From Coriobacteriaceae bacterium (lineage in GTDB: Bacteria > Actinomycetota > Coriobacteriia > Coriobacteriales > QAMH01): a stretch of DNA of 45,815 nt. Every line of letters starts with the position of its first letter. Position 1 is the stretch's first letter. Shown here piece by piece: positions 19,312 to 28,851 of this stretch. Both the position numbers and the translations under genes were made by a program. The notes below the pieces were generated by a model that was given only the letters and a program-made list of their open reading frames with translations, had not been told where the DNA came from and did no database searches. The DNA is taken from NCBI GenBank assembly GCA_021203765.1, contig JAJQAN010000002.1, positions 1 through 45,815 of the forward strand, written 5' to 3'.

Positions 19312-19419
19312 ACGGCCGGACCCGTATCTGGATGTTCAGCTGCGCCGGGCAGGCGTTTCCGTCAGGGGCGGAGGCGAACCGCACGGCCGCAGTGGTAAAC
19401 GAGCCATAGGAGGAAACCA

Positions 19420-19818
19420 ATGGGTATGACCGATCCGATTGCCGATATGCTCACCCGCATCCGCAACGCGAACATGGTCAACAAGGAGACGGTATCCATG
19501 CCGTCGAGCAAGAAGCTCGTCGAGATCGCCCGCATCATGAAGGAGGAGGGCTATATCACCGACTACGAGGTGACGCCCCAGTCCCCGCAAAACGAGCTGA
19601 CGATCGAGCTCAAGTACGGCGAAAAGAAGGAAAAGACGATCCGTGGCCTGCGCCGCATCTCCAAGCCGGGCCTGCGCATCTATGCCGGCAAAAACGACCT
19701 GCCCCGCGTCCTGGGCGGTCTGGGCACGGCAATCATATCGACCTCGAACGGCGTCATGACCGACCGCGACGCCCGCCTGGCGGGCATCGGCGGCGAGGTC
19801 TTGGCCTACATCTGGTAG
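19420..19818 (+). CDS. rpsH: 30S ribosomal protein S8
   Basis: [30 protein letters not shown]. Confidence 0.99.
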   Translation: MGMTDPIADMLTRIRNANMVNKETVSMPSSKKLVEIARIMKEEGYITDYEVTPQSPQNELTIELKYGEKKEKTIRGLRRISKPGLRIYAGKNDLPRVLGGLGTAIISTSNGVMTDRDARLAGIGGEVLAYIW

Positions 19819-19832
19819 GGAAGGGAGCAAGC

Positions 19833-20369
19833 ATGTCACGCGTCGGTAACCTCCCCGTCCAGATCCCGGCCGGGGTCGAAGTATCCGTCAAGGACAACGT
19901 CGTCACGGTCAAGGGGCCCAAGGGCGAACTGCAGCAGTCCTACGACCCGCTGATCACCGTCAAGGTCGACGGCGACGAGGTCGTGGTCACCCGCGCCAAC
20001 GACGAGCGCCAGGCACGCTCGCTGCACGGGCTCACCCGCAGTCTCATCAACAACATGACCATCGGGGTCACCGAGGGCTATTCCAAGACCCTCGAACTCG
20101 TCGGCGTCGGCTACCGCGCCTCGCTCAAAGGCAACCAGCTCGAGCTCAGCGTCGGCTATTCGCACCCGGTCTACGTCGAGGCCCCCGAGGGCATCAAGCT
20201 CGAATGCCCCGACCAGACCCATATCACGGTCTCGGGCATCAATAAACAGCTCGTCGGACAGGTCGCAGCCGATATCCGCAAGTGGCGCAAGCCCGAGCCG
20301 TACAAGGGCAAGGGCATCCGCTACGAAGGCGAACATGTCCGCCACAAGGAAGGCAAGACCGCCGGCTAG
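19833..20369 (+). CDS. rplF: 50S ribosomal protein L6
   Basis: [22 protein letters not shown]. Confidence 0.99.
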   Translation: MSRVGNLPVQIPAGVEVSVKDNVVTVKGPKGELQQSYDPLITVKVDGDEVVVTRANDERQARSLHGLTRSLINNMTIGVTEGYSKTLELVGVGYRASLKGNQLELSVGYSHPVYVEAPEGIKLECPDQTHITVSGINKQLVGQVAADIRKWRKPEPYKGKGIRYEGEHVRHKEGKTAG

Positions 20370-20398
20370 CCGGCTCGTTTTGAGGAGTGCAAGAAGGT

Positions 20399-20767
20399 AT
20401 GGATAAGTCCAAGACAAAGAAGGCTCAGCAGCAGCGCCGCAAGAACCGGGTGCGCGGCAAGGTCACCGGGACCGCCGAATGCCCGCGTCTGTGCGTCACG
20501 CGCTCGAACAACCATATTTACGCCCAGGTCATCGACGACGTGGCGGCGAACACGCTCTGCAGCGCGTCCTCGCTCGACGCCGAGTTCAAATCCTGCGGCA
20601 AATCCGGCGGCAACGTGGAGGGCGCCGCCGAGGTCGGCAAGCTCATCGGCAAGCGTGCGAGCGACGCCGGCATCGACCAGATCGTATTCGATCGCGGCGG
20701 CCACCTCTACCACGGCCGGGTCAAGGCCCTGGCGGACGGCGCCCGCGAAGCAGGACTGAAGTTCTAG
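20399..20767 (+). CDS. rplR: 50S ribosomal protein L18
   Basis: [28 protein letters not shown]. Start uncertain (20387 or 20399). Confidence 0.96.
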   Translation: MDKSKTKKAQQQRRKNRVRGKVTGTAECPRLCVTRSNNHIYAQVIDDVAANTLCSASSLDAEFKSCGKSGGNVEGAAEVGKLIGKRASDAGIDQIVFDRGGHLYHGRVKALADGAREAGLKF

Positions 20768-20785
20768 GAAGGGGGAGAGCACGGT

Positions 20786-21409
20786 ATGGCGAACGAGCAA
20801 GAGCAACCGACCGAGCAGACGCCCGAAGCCGCTGCCAAGGAGCAGCCGGCCGGGCAGCAGAAGACATCCGGTCGCTCCGACCGCTCCAAAAGGCCTGATC
20901 GCGACGGCGATGAGGTTCCCGAGCTCGAAGATCAGGTCATCTACATCAACCGAGTCGCCAAGGTCGTCAAAGGCGGCCGTCGTTACGGCATGACCGCCCT
21001 GGTCGCCGTCGGCGACCGTCACGGCAGGGTCGGCATCGGCATGGGTCGCGCCACCGAGGTTCCCATCGCCATTAACAAGGGCGTCGAGGAGGCCAAGCGC
21101 AACCTGTTCACGGTCCCGCTGACCGAGGCCGGAACGATCCCGCACGAGGTCGTCTCCAAGTACGGCGCAGGCCGCATCATCATCAAGCCGGCCGTTCCCG
21201 GCACCGGCATCATCGCCGGCGGCCCGGTCCGCCCGCTCTTCGAGCTGGCCGGCATCAAGGACGTGCTTTCCAAGTCCGTCGGCACCGACAACTGCCTCAA
21301 CATGGTCAAGGCGGCCGCCAAGGGCCTGCAGGAGCTTTCCAGCCCCGAACAGGTCGCCGAGCGCCGCGGCATGTCCGTCGCCGACATCTTCGGAAAGAAG
21401 GTGCAGTAG
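20786..21409 (+). CDS. rpsE: 30S ribosomal protein S5
   Basis: [22 protein letters not shown]. About 45-aa N-terminal extension. Confidence 0.98.
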   Translation: MANEQEQPTEQTPEAAAKEQPAGQQKTSGRSDRSKRPDRDGDEVPELEDQVIYINRVAKVVKGGRRYGMTALVAVGDRHGRVGIGMGRATEVPIAINKGVEEAKRNLFTVPLTEAGTIPHEVVSKYGAGRIIIKPAVPGTGIIAGGPVRPLFELAGIKDVLSKSVGTDNCLNMVKAAAKGLQELSSPEQVAERRGMSVADIFGKKVQ

Positions 21410-21619
21410 ATGGCCGCGTCCACCAAGAAGGCCGCGAAGAAGACCCTGCGCATCACGCAGGTCAAAAGTTCGATCGGCCACAAGTCCGACCAGGAAAAGA
21501 CCCTGAAGGCGCTGGGCCTGGGCAAGATCGGCAGAAGCGTGGAACAGGTCGACAACGACTGCGTCCGCGGCATGATCTTCAAGGTCAAGCACCTCGTCGA
21601 GGTCGAGGAGATCTCGTAG
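21410..21619 (+). CDS. rpmD: 50S ribosomal protein L30
   Basis: ITQVKSSIG, LKALGL, RGMIFKVKHLV. Confidence 0.97.
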   Translation: MAASTKKAAKKTLRITQVKSSIGHKSDQEKTLKALGLGKIGRSVEQVDNDCVRGMIFKVKHLVEVEEIS

Positions 21620-21720
21620 CACGATCTTCGCTGCATGCATCCGGTGCAGCGGATACGGAAGTTTGTCGGCGGCGAGCAGCCGACCGCACCGTCAGGTGCG
21701 AGCGTATGAAGGAGTAGCAC

Positions 21721-22170
21721 ATGAACCTGCACGAACTGACACCGGCGCCCGGCTCCACCAAGAGCCGCAAGCGTGTGGGACGCGGCCACGGCTCCGGCCA
21801 TGGTGGCAAGTCCGGTCGCGGCACCAACGGCCAGCTGTCCCGCTCGGGCGGCGGCAAAGGCCCCGGCTTCGAAGGCGGACAGACGCCTTTGGCACGTCGT
21901 CTTCCCAAGCTCCCGGGCTTCAACAACATCAACCGTAAGGAATATCTGCCCGTCAACGTCTCCCGTCTCGACGCCGTCTACGAATCCGGCGACGTCGTCA
22001 ACGGCAAGACCTTGGTCGAAAAGGGCATCATCAAGCACGAAGACGCTCCGGTCAAGGTCCTCGGCGACGGCAAGATCACCAAGGCGCTCACCATCAGTGT
22101 CGACAAGATATCGGCCTCCGCACAGAAGAAGATCGAGGCGGCCGGCGGAAAGGTCGAGCTGTCATGCTAA
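21721..22170 (+). CDS. rplO: 50S ribosomal protein L15
   Basis: [24 protein letters not shown]. Confidence 0.98.
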   Translation: MNLHELTPAPGSTKSRKRVGRGHGSGHGGKSGRGTNGQLSRSGGGKGPGFEGGQTPLARRLPKLPGFNNINRKEYLPVNVSRLDAVYESGDVVNGKTLVEKGIIKHEDAPVKVLGDGKITKALTISVDKISASAQKKIEAAGGKVELSC

Positions 22171-23456
22171 AAGCTCTCGCAAACGCCATGCGTGTGCGGG
22201 ATCTCCGCATGAAGATCCTGTTCACGCTGGCAATCATCGCCATATACCGTATCGGGTGCTTCATCCCGGTGCCGGGCATCCCGTTCGCAGAGCTGGTAGA
22301 CAGCTTCCGAAGCGCGGATACCAACAGCGCGCTGATGATGCTCAACCTCTTTTCCGGCGGTGCGCTCGAATACTTCTCGGTGTTCTCGCTCGGCATCATG
22401 CCCTACATCACCGCATCCATCATCATGCAGCTTTTGCAGGGCGTCATCCCCACCCTGTCCCGCTGGGCACGTGAGGGCGAGACCGGGCAGCAGAAGATCA
22501 CGCGCATAACACGATATTTAACGTTAGGCTTAGGCCTCCTAAACGCGATAGGCTATTTGTTCTTATTCCAAAGTTCCACCTTCGGGATCACCTTCGACAC
22601 CTCGGTCGTCCCGCTGTGGGCCACGAGCATCATCATCGTCGCCACCCTGGTGGCCGGCACGGCGCTTATCATGTGGCTGGGCGAGCTCATCACCCAGCGC
22701 GGCATCGGCAACGGCATGTCGCTCATCATCTTCGCCAACATCATCGGACGTCTCCCGAGCGCCCTGTGGGATTCCATCCAGACCTCCGGCGACACGATGC
22801 AGGGCGTCCTGATCACGATCCTCGTCGTCCTGGTCATCCTGATCGTCATACCCGCCATCGTCTTCATCGAACGCGGCCAGCGCCGCATCCCGGTGCAGTA
22901 CTCCAAGCGTGTCGTCGGGCGCAGGGTCATGGGCGGCCAGTCCACCTATCTGCCCCTCAAGGTCAACGGCGCCGGCGTCATCCCGATCATCTTCGCATCG
23001 GCGATCCTCTACATACCAGCCCAGATCGCGGCCTTCTTCCCCGAGTCGGGAGGGGTGCAGGCCTTCGGCAACTTCTGTTCGAGCGGCTGGGGCAACTGGG
23101 TGCTTTCGTTCCTGCTCATCGTGGCCTTCGCGTATTTCTATACGTCGATGGTCTACCACCCGCAGGAGACCGCGGACAACATGAAGAACAACGGCGGCTT
23201 CATACCAGGAGTGCGTCCCGGTGCTGCGACGGTGCAGTACATAAAGGACGTCATCAATCGGATAACACTGCCGGGGGCGATATTCATCGCCCTCATCGCG
23301 GTCATCCCGTCGATTTTGTATTCGTTCACCGACAACGCGCTCATCAATACACTCGGCGGGACCTCGATCTTGATCCTCGTCGGCGTCGCACTCGACACCA
23401 TGACGAAGCTCGAGAGCCAGCTGAAGATGCACAACTACGACGGCTTCTTCAAATAG
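22164..23456 (+). CDS. secY: Preprotein translocase SecY
   Basis: [37 protein letters not shown]. Confidence 0.99.
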   Translation: MLKALANAMRVRDLRMKILFTLAIIAIYRIGCFIPVPGIPFAELVDSFRSADTNSALMMLNLFSGGALEYFSVFSLGIMPYITASIIMQLLQGVIPTLSRWAREGETGQQKITRITRYLTLGLGLLNAIGYLFLFQSSTFGITFDTSVVPLWATSIIIVATLVAGTALIMWLGELITQRGIGNGMSLIIFANIIGRLPSALWDSIQTSGDTMQGVLITILVVLVILIVIPAIVFIERGQRRIPVQYSKRVVGRRVMGGQSTYLPLKVNGAGVIPIIFASAILYIPAQIAAFFPESGGVQAFGNFCSSGWGNWVLSFLLIVAFAYFYTSMVYHPQETADNMKNNGGFIPGVRPGAATVQYIKDVINRITLPGAIFIALIAVIPSILYSFTDNALINTLGGTSILILVGVALDTMTKLESQLKMHNYDGFFK

Positions 23457-23481
23457 CTGCCTTCAAGGGAGTTGATACGCA

Positions 23482-24105
23482 ATGAATATCGTGCTTTTGG
23501 GAGCGCCTGGCGCCGGTAAGGGCACGCAGGCCGAAAAACTCGTCTCCGAATACGGCTTCACCCATCTGTCCACCGGCGACGTGCTCCGTGCCGCGGTGGC
23601 CGAGGGCACCCCGCTCGGGCTGGAGGCAAAAAAGTACATGGACGCCGGCGACCTGGTGCCCGACGAGGTCGTCGTCGGCCTGGTCGAAGAAACCCTCAAG
23701 GCCGACCCGGAAGGCTCCTACCTGCTCGACGGCTTCCCGCGCACGCCCACCCAGGCTGTCTCGCTCGACACCGTCTTATCCAACCTCGGCCAGGAGCTCG
23801 ACTACGCCATCGCCTTGCAGGTCGACATGGAATCCGTCGTCGACCGCATGTGCTCGCGTCGCTGCTGCCGCGACTGCGGGGCCATCGGCAACGTCTCCGA
23901 CGGCCCGACCTGCCCCAAGTGCGGCGGCGAGATGTACCAGCGCGACGACGACAACGAGGAGACCGTCCGCAACCGCATCGAGGTCTACAACAAGCAGACG
24001 AGCCCGCTCATCGACTACTATCACGGCAACGGCATCCTCGTCGAGGTCGACGGCAACAAGACCCCCGACGAGGTCTTCTCCGCCATCTGCGACGTCCTTT
24101 CATGA
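23482..24105 (+). CDS. adk: Adenylate kinase
   Basis: GAPGAGKGTQ, LDGFPRT, Cys-containing LID. Confidence 0.98.
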   Translation: MNIVLLGAPGAGKGTQAEKLVSEYGFTHLSTGDVLRAAVAEGTPLGLEAKKYMDAGDLVPDEVVVGLVEETLKADPEGSYLLDGFPRTPTQAVSLDTVLSNLGQELDYAIALQVDMESVVDRMCSRRCCRDCGAIGNVSDGPTCPKCGGEMYQRDDDNEETVRNRIEVYNKQTSPLIDYYHGNGILVEVDGNKTPDEVFSAICDVLS

Positions 24106-24872
24106 TAGGCAGATTCAAAGAAGAGCCGATCCTCAAGTCGCCCGCTGAGATCGAGGCGATGAAGGAGGCCGGCCGCGTTTCCGCCAAGGTGCTGCGGATG
24201 GTCGGCGACCTCGTCCAGCCCGGCGTCTCGACGCTCGAGCTCGACAGCTACGTCGAAGAGCTCATCCGCCTGGAGGGCGCCACCCCCGCGTTCAAGGGCT
24301 ACGGCGGCTTTCCCGGCTCCATCTGCTCCTCGCCCAACGACATGGTCGTGCACGGGATCCCGTCCTCCACGGTCATCCTGCAGGAGGGCGACATCATCTC
24401 CATCGACACCGGCGCCGTCGTCGACGGCTGGGTCGGGGACAACGCCTGGACCTATCCGGTGGGGGAAATCGACGACGAGAAGAAGCGCCTGCTCGAGGTG
24501 ACCGAACAGTCCATGTGGGCGGGCATCGAGGCAGCGCAGGCCGGAAGCCACATGGGCGATATCGGCCATGCCGTCCAGACGGTCGCCGAGGCGGCCGGTT
24601 TCGGCGTGGTGCGCGAATACGTCGGACACGGGGTCGGCCGCGACATGCACGAGATGCCGAACGTCCCCAACTACGGGCGTCCGGGGCGGGGGCTGCGTCT
24701 GGAGCCCGGCCTCGTCATCTGCATCGAGCCGATGATCAACGCCGGCACCTACCATGTGCACGGCCTCGATGATGGCTGGGCGGTCGTCACCGACGACGGA
24801 TCCCCGAGCGCGCATTTCGAGAAGACCATCGCCGTCACTGAGGACGGCCCGGTCATCCTGACGACGGAATAA
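24102..24872 (+). CDS. map: Methionine aminopeptidase type I
   Basis: VVHGIP, DIISID, GHGVG, IEPMI, SAHFE. ATG 24102 overlaps the adk stop. Confidence 0.95.
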   Translation: MIGRFKEEPILKSPAEIEAMKEAGRVSAKVLRMVGDLVQPGVSTLELDSYVEELIRLEGATPAFKGYGGFPGSICSSPNDMVVHGIPSSTVILQEGDIISIDTGAVVDGWVGDNAWTYPVGEIDDEKKRLLEVTEQSMWAGIEAAQAGSHMGDIGHAVQTVAEAAGFGVVREYVGHGVGRDMHEMPNVPNYGRPGRGLRLEPGLVICIEPMINAGTYHVHGLDDGWAVVTDDGSPSAHFEKTIAVTEDGPVILTTE

Positions 24873-24901
24873 AAATTTCTTCTCACAACCAGCGATTTCT
24901 G

Positions 24902-24910
24902 TGATAAACT
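24902..24910 (+). promoter_or_regulatory. Possible extended -10 promoter for infA and downstream genes
   Basis: TGaTAAACT in an AT-rich spacer; no clear -35. Confidence 0.45.
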
Positions 24911-24959
24911 GTTTGTTCGCGTTTGCGTGAGTGCAGGATTTGAAGGAAAGCGGTTTGCC

Positions 24960-25178
24960 GTGGCCAAGGAAGATGCAATAGAACTGGAAGGGACGGTCGT
25001 CGAGCCGCTTCCCAACGCCATGTTCAAGGTCGAGCTCGAAAACGGCCACGAGGTCCTTGCCCACATCTGCGGCAAGATGCGCATGCACTACATCAAGATC
25101 CTGCCGGGGGACAAGGTCACCGTCGAGCTTTCTCCCTACGACCTCGATCGGGGTCGCATCACGTTCCGCTATAAATAA
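24960..25178 (+). CDS. infA: Translation initiation factor IF-1
   Basis: GTG start giving MAKEDAIE; [24 protein letters not shown]. Confidence 0.97.
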   Translation: MAKEDAIELEGTVVEPLPNAMFKVELENGHEVLAHICGKMRMHYIKILPGDKVTVELSPYDLDRGRITFRYK

Positions 25179-25216
25179 GCTCAGTTCGTACCCTGTGCGG
25201 ACCGGTCTTAAGGAAG

Positions 25217-25237
25217 CCCGCTTCGGCGGGATTTCTT
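25217..25237 (+). terminator. Short hairpin with U-rich tail between infA and rpmJ
   Basis: CCCGC-TTCG-GCGGG (cUUCGg loop) followed by ATTTCTT. Confidence 0.45.
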
Positions 25238-25323
25238 GTCCTTTCAGGACTTTAAAAACCATCGCCTGCGGCTGCGGCGTGTGTATAGGACGAAAGCAGT
25301 ACACGTACCGAAAGGAAAAGCTC

Positions 25324-25437
25324 ATGAAGGTACGCCCTTCGGTAAAGAAGATGTGCGACAAATGTAAGATCATTCGACGCCACGGCAAGGTATACGTTAT
25401 CTGCGAAAATCCACGCCACAAGCAGCGTCAAGGCTAG
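25324..25437 (+). CDS. rpmJ: 50S ribosomal protein L36 (Zn-binding type)
   Basis: [14 protein letters not shown]...[11 protein letters not shown]. Confidence 0.98.
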   Translation: MKVRPSVKKMCDKCKIIRRHGKVYVICENPRHKQRQG

Positions 25438-25451
25438 AAAGAGGTACGACA

Positions 25452-25826
25452 TTGGCTCGTATACTTGGTGTTGACCTTCCGCGCGACAAGCGCGTCGAAG
25501 CCGGGCTGACCTACATCTACGGAATCGGCCTGAGCACCTCCCGCAAGATCCTGAGCGCGACCGGCGTCGATCCGGACACCCGCGTCCGCGACCTGACCGA
25601 CGGGGAAGTCACGAAACTGCGCGATTACATCGACAAGAACCTCGTCGTCGAAGGCGATCTGCGCCGTGAGAACTCCCAAAACGTCAAACGCCTGATGGAA
25701 ATCGGCTGCTACCGGGGCCTGCGTCATCGCAAGGGCCTCCCGGTCCGCGGCCAGCGCACCCACACCAACGCACGCACCCGCAAGGGTCCGCGCAAGCAGA
25801 TCGGTGCGCGCAAGAAGAAGGACTGA
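25452..25826 (+). CDS. rpsM: 30S ribosomal protein S13
   Basis: [25 protein letters not shown]. Confidence 0.99.
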   Translation: MARILGVDLPRDKRVEAGLTYIYGIGLSTSRKILSATGVDPDTRVRDLTDGEVTKLRDYIDKNLVVEGDLRRENSQNVKRLMEIGCYRGLRHRKGLPVRGQRTHTNARTRKGPRKQIGARKKKD

Positions 25827-25837
25827 GGTGATCACGC

Positions 25838-26233
25838 ATGCCTAAGCAGCAGACACGCACCCGTGTCAAGCGCTCCGAGCGCAAGAACATCTCGGTCGGA
25901 CAGGCTCACATCAAGAGCACGTTCAACAACACGATCGTCACGTTGACGGACACCTACGGCAACGTCATCACCTGGCAATCGGCCGGCACGGTCGGCTTCA
26001 AGGGTTCGCGTAAGAGCACCCCGTTCGCCGCACAGATGGCCGCCGAGCGCGCCGCCCAGCTCGGCAAGGAGCATGGGCTGCAGAAGGTCGCCGTGTTCGT
26101 CAAGGGTCCGGGCTCCGGCCGCGAAACGGCCATCCGCTCGCTCCAGGCTGCTGGTCTCGAAATCACCAGCATCATGGACGTCACGCCCGTACCGCACAAC
26201 GGCTGCCGCCTGAAGAAGCGCCGCCGCCTCTAA
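25838..26233 (+). CDS. rpsK: 30S ribosomal protein S11
   Basis: [25 protein letters not shown]. Confidence 0.99.
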   Translation: MPKQQTRTRVKRSERKNISVGQAHIKSTFNNTIVTLTDTYGNVITWQSAGTVGFKGSRKSTPFAAQMAAERAAQLGKEHGLQKVAVFVKGPGSGRETAIRSLQAAGLEITSIMDVTPVPHNGCRLKKRRRL

Positions 26234-26251
26234 ACAAGGAAAGGTAAGATT

Positions 26252-26878
26252 ATGGCTCGCTATACCGGGGCGGACTGTCGTCTGTGCCGCCGCGAAGGTT
26301 CCAAACTCTTTCTGAAGGGCGATCGCTGCTACACGAGCAAGTGTGCGGTCGATCGCCGTCCGTATCCTCCGGGAGAAGCAGGACAGAGGCGCCAGAAGGA
26401 ATCCGAGTACAAGCTGCAGCTGCGCGAGAAGCAGAAGACCAAGCGCATCTACGGCCTGCTCGAAAAGCAGTTCCGGGGCTACTACGACATCGCCAGTCGC
26501 CAAAAGGGCGTCACCGGCGAGAACCTCCTGCGCATCCTGGAAAGCCGTCTGGACAACGTCGTCTATCGCCTGGGATTTGCCAAGTCCCGCGACGAGGCGC
26601 GTCAGACGGTCCGCCACAACCACATCCATGTCAACGGCAAACGGGTCAACATCCCGTCCTACCGTGTCAGGCCGGGCGACCTCATCTCGATCGCGCCCAA
26701 GGCCACCGAGCTTCTGCCCATCAAAAGCGCTCTGATCTCGAGCGAGCGCAACGAGATCCCCGGATGGCTCGAGCTCGACATGGACAAGCTGCAAGGCTCG
26801 GTACTTTCCCTCCCGGAGCGGGATCAGATCGATCTCGACATCCAGGAGCAGCTCATCGTCGAGCTCTACTCCAAGTAG
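26252..26878 (+). CDS. rpsD: 30S ribosomal protein S4 (Zn-binding type)
   Basis: [26 protein letters not shown]. Confidence 0.99.
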   Translation: MARYTGADCRLCRREGSKLFLKGDRCYTSKCAVDRRPYPPGEAGQRRQKESEYKLQLREKQKTKRIYGLLEKQFRGYYDIASRQKGVTGENLLRILESRLDNVVYRLGFAKSRDEARQTVRHNHIHVNGKRVNIPSYRVRPGDLISIAPKATELLPIKSALISSERNEIPGWLELDMDKLQGSVLSLPERDQIDLDIQEQLIVELYSK

Positions 26879-26927
26879 CCCGACGCGTTCTTATCCGCTA
26901 TAAACCCGCAAGGGAGGCTTGATAGAT

Positions 26928-27869
26928 ATGTCTGAGTTCATGAGGCCGAAGGTCACCGTCGAAGAGGTGGACGACAACACCGCTCGTTTCATCATGGAAC
27001 CGCTCGAACGTGGCTACGGGTACACCCTGGGCAACAGCATGCGCCGCGTGCTGCTTTCCTCGCTCGACGGTGCCGCCGCGACCGCCATCTCGATCGAGGG
27101 CGTCCATCACGAGTTCACCTCCGCCGAGGGTGTTATAGAAGACGTGACCGACATCGTCTTGAACGTCAAAGGCCTGGTCTTTTCGGCCCAAGGTGCCGAA
27201 GAGGAGGCGACCGCGACGCTCGTGGCGGAAGGCCCCTGCACTGTCACCGGTGCCGACCTCGAGGTTCCCACCGAGTTCCAGCTGGTCAACCCAGATCATG
27301 TCATCGCCACACTCGCCGAGGGCGGCAAGCTCGAGATGAGCATCCGCATCGGCATCGGCCGCGGCTACGTCTCGGCCGAGCGCAATAAACGTACGGAGGA
27401 CCCCATCGGCATCATCCACGTGGACTCGCTGTTCTCGCCGGTCCGCCGCTGCACGATGGACGTCACCGACACCCGTGTCGCCCAGCGCACGGACTACGAC
27501 AAGCTCATCCTGGAGGTCGAGACGAACGGCTCGGTCAGCCCGGTCGACGTCATCTGCCAGTCCGCGAACATCATCAGCCAGCACATGGCCGCGTTCATGA
27601 CGCTCGGCGGGGAGGACGAGGAAGCCGAGGTGGCAAGCATCTTCGCCGCCGAAGGTCCCAACAAGAACTCCGAGCTGGAAAAGCAGATCGAGGAACTCGA
27701 CCTGTCCGTGCGCTCCTACAACTGCCTGAAGCGCGCCGGCATCCACTCGGTCCGTCAGCTGGTCGAATACTCCGAGCAGGACCTGCTCAACATCCGTAAC
27801 TTCGGTGCCAAGTCGATCGAGGAAGTCAAAGACAAGCTTCACTCGATGGAACTTGACCTGAAGATGTAA
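26928..27869 (+). CDS. rpoA: RNA polymerase alpha subunit
   Basis: EPLERGYGYTLGN, intact CTD LSVRSYNCLKRAGI...NFGAKS. Start 26928 (26919 is the alternative). Confidence 0.99.
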   Translation: MSEFMRPKVTVEEVDDNTARFIMEPLERGYGYTLGNSMRRVLLSSLDGAAATAISIEGVHHEFTSAEGVIEDVTDIVLNVKGLVFSAQGAEEEATATLVAEGPCTVTGADLEVPTEFQLVNPDHVIATLAEGGKLEMSIRIGIGRGYVSAERNKRTEDPIGIIHVDSLFSPVRRCTMDVTDTRVAQRTDYDKLILEVETNGSVSPVDVICQSANIISQHMAAFMTLGGEDEEAEVASIFAAEGPNKNSELEKQIEELDLSVRSYNCLKRAGIHSVRQLVEYSEQDLLNIRNFGAKSIEEVKDKLHSMELDLKM

Positions 27870-27881
27870 CAGGAGACACCC

Positions 27882-28814
27882 ATGAGGCACAAGAAACAAG
27901 GCCGCAAGCTTGGCACCAGCGCCAGCCACACCAAGGCCATAAGGAAGAACCTGGCGGTCAACATCTTCACCAACGACCGCATCAAGACGACGCTGCCCCG
28001 CGCCAAGGAGATGCGTGGCGACGTCGACCGCATCATCACCTGGGCCAAGAAGGGCGACCTGCACTCCCGCCGTCTGGCCATCGCCGCTTTGGGCGACGCC
28101 GAACTCGTCCGCGAGGTCTTCGCCAAGGCCGAGCAGGGCATGTGGGCCGGCCGCAACGGCGGCTACACCCGCATCTACCGTCTGGGCAACCGCAAGGGCG
28201 ACAACGCGCCCATGGTCATCATCGAGCTGGTGAACGAGGCCGTCGCGCCCAAGAAGACCTCCGATGATGGCAAGCCGGCCGCCAAGAGTTCTTCTGCTGC
28301 CAAGTCGAACGCCAAAGCCTCCGGCGGCACCTCCACCAAGAAGAAGGCCGCCGACACCGAGGAGGCCGCTGCAGACGAGGCGGAGGAAGTCGCAGAGGAT
28401 TCCGCCGACGAGGCAGAGGCGAGCGAAGAGGCTTCCAAGGTCGAAGGCGAGAAGACGGAAGACAAGGCGGCTGACGAGGCCGAAAAGGTCGAGGAGGAGG
28501 CAAAGAAGGAGGCCGAGACCGCCGGAAAGGCCGCACAGGACGAGGCGGAGGCCGCCGAGGAGAAGGCCGACGACAAGAAGGCCGAGACCAAGCCCGCCGC
28601 CAAAAAGCCGGCTGCGAAGAAGGCGCCCGCCAAGAAGGACGACACCAAGGCCGACGACAAAAAGCCGGCTGCGAAGAAGGCGCCCGCCAAGAGGGCTCCT
28701 GCCAAAAAGGACGACGCCAAGGCCGACGACAAGAAGCCGGCTGCGAAAAAGACGCCCGCCAAGAAGGACGACGCCGCTTCCGACGATGCCGCCGACACCA
28801 AAGAGGACAAATAG
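27882..28814 (+). CDS. rplQ: 50S ribosomal protein L17 with ~190-aa low-complexity tail
   Basis: MRHKK, IKTTLPRAKE, RNGGYTRI, RKGDNAPM, then an acidic and K/A/P-rich tail. Confidence 0.97.
   Translation: MRHKKQGRKLGTSASHTKAIRKNLAVNIFTNDRIKTTLPRAKEMRGDVDRIITWAKKGDLHSRRLAIAALGDAELVREVFAKAEQGMWAGRNGGYTRIYRLGNRKGDNAPMVIIELVNEAVAPKKTSDDGKPAAKSSSAAKSNAKASGGTSTKKKAADTEEAAADEAEEVAEDSADEAEASEEASKVEGEKTEDKAADEAEKVEEEAKKEAETAGKAAQDEAEAAEEKADDKKAETKPAAKKPAAKKAPAKKDDTKADDKKPAAKKAPAKRAPAKKDDAKADDKKPAAKKTPAKKDDAASDDAADTKEDK
28602..28764 (+). repeat. Coding repeat in the rplQ tail
   Basis: About 34-bp core AA(A/G)AAGCCGGCTGCGAA(G/A)AAG(G/A)CGCCCGCCAAGA at 28602, 28659 and 28731, encoding KKPAAKK(A/T)PAK. 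Confidence 0.9.
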
Positions 28815-28851
28815 CACCAGCACTTCTCGGCTCGTCGCGTAAGGAGTAGCC

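Noticed and set aside
20786-20920. S5 N-terminal extension and S3 basic C-terminal tail
   Set aside because: Such extensions are common in Actinomycetota and show no distinctive motif here.
24883-24904. TCACA...TGTGA as a CRP-like site (also 9077-9089)
   Set aside because: The half-sites are in reversed order and wrongly spaced relative to TGTGA-N6-TCACA.
28560-28800. Repeats considered as a possible CRISPR array
   Set aside because: They are in-frame coding repeats with related spacers and uneven period, and no cas genes are present.
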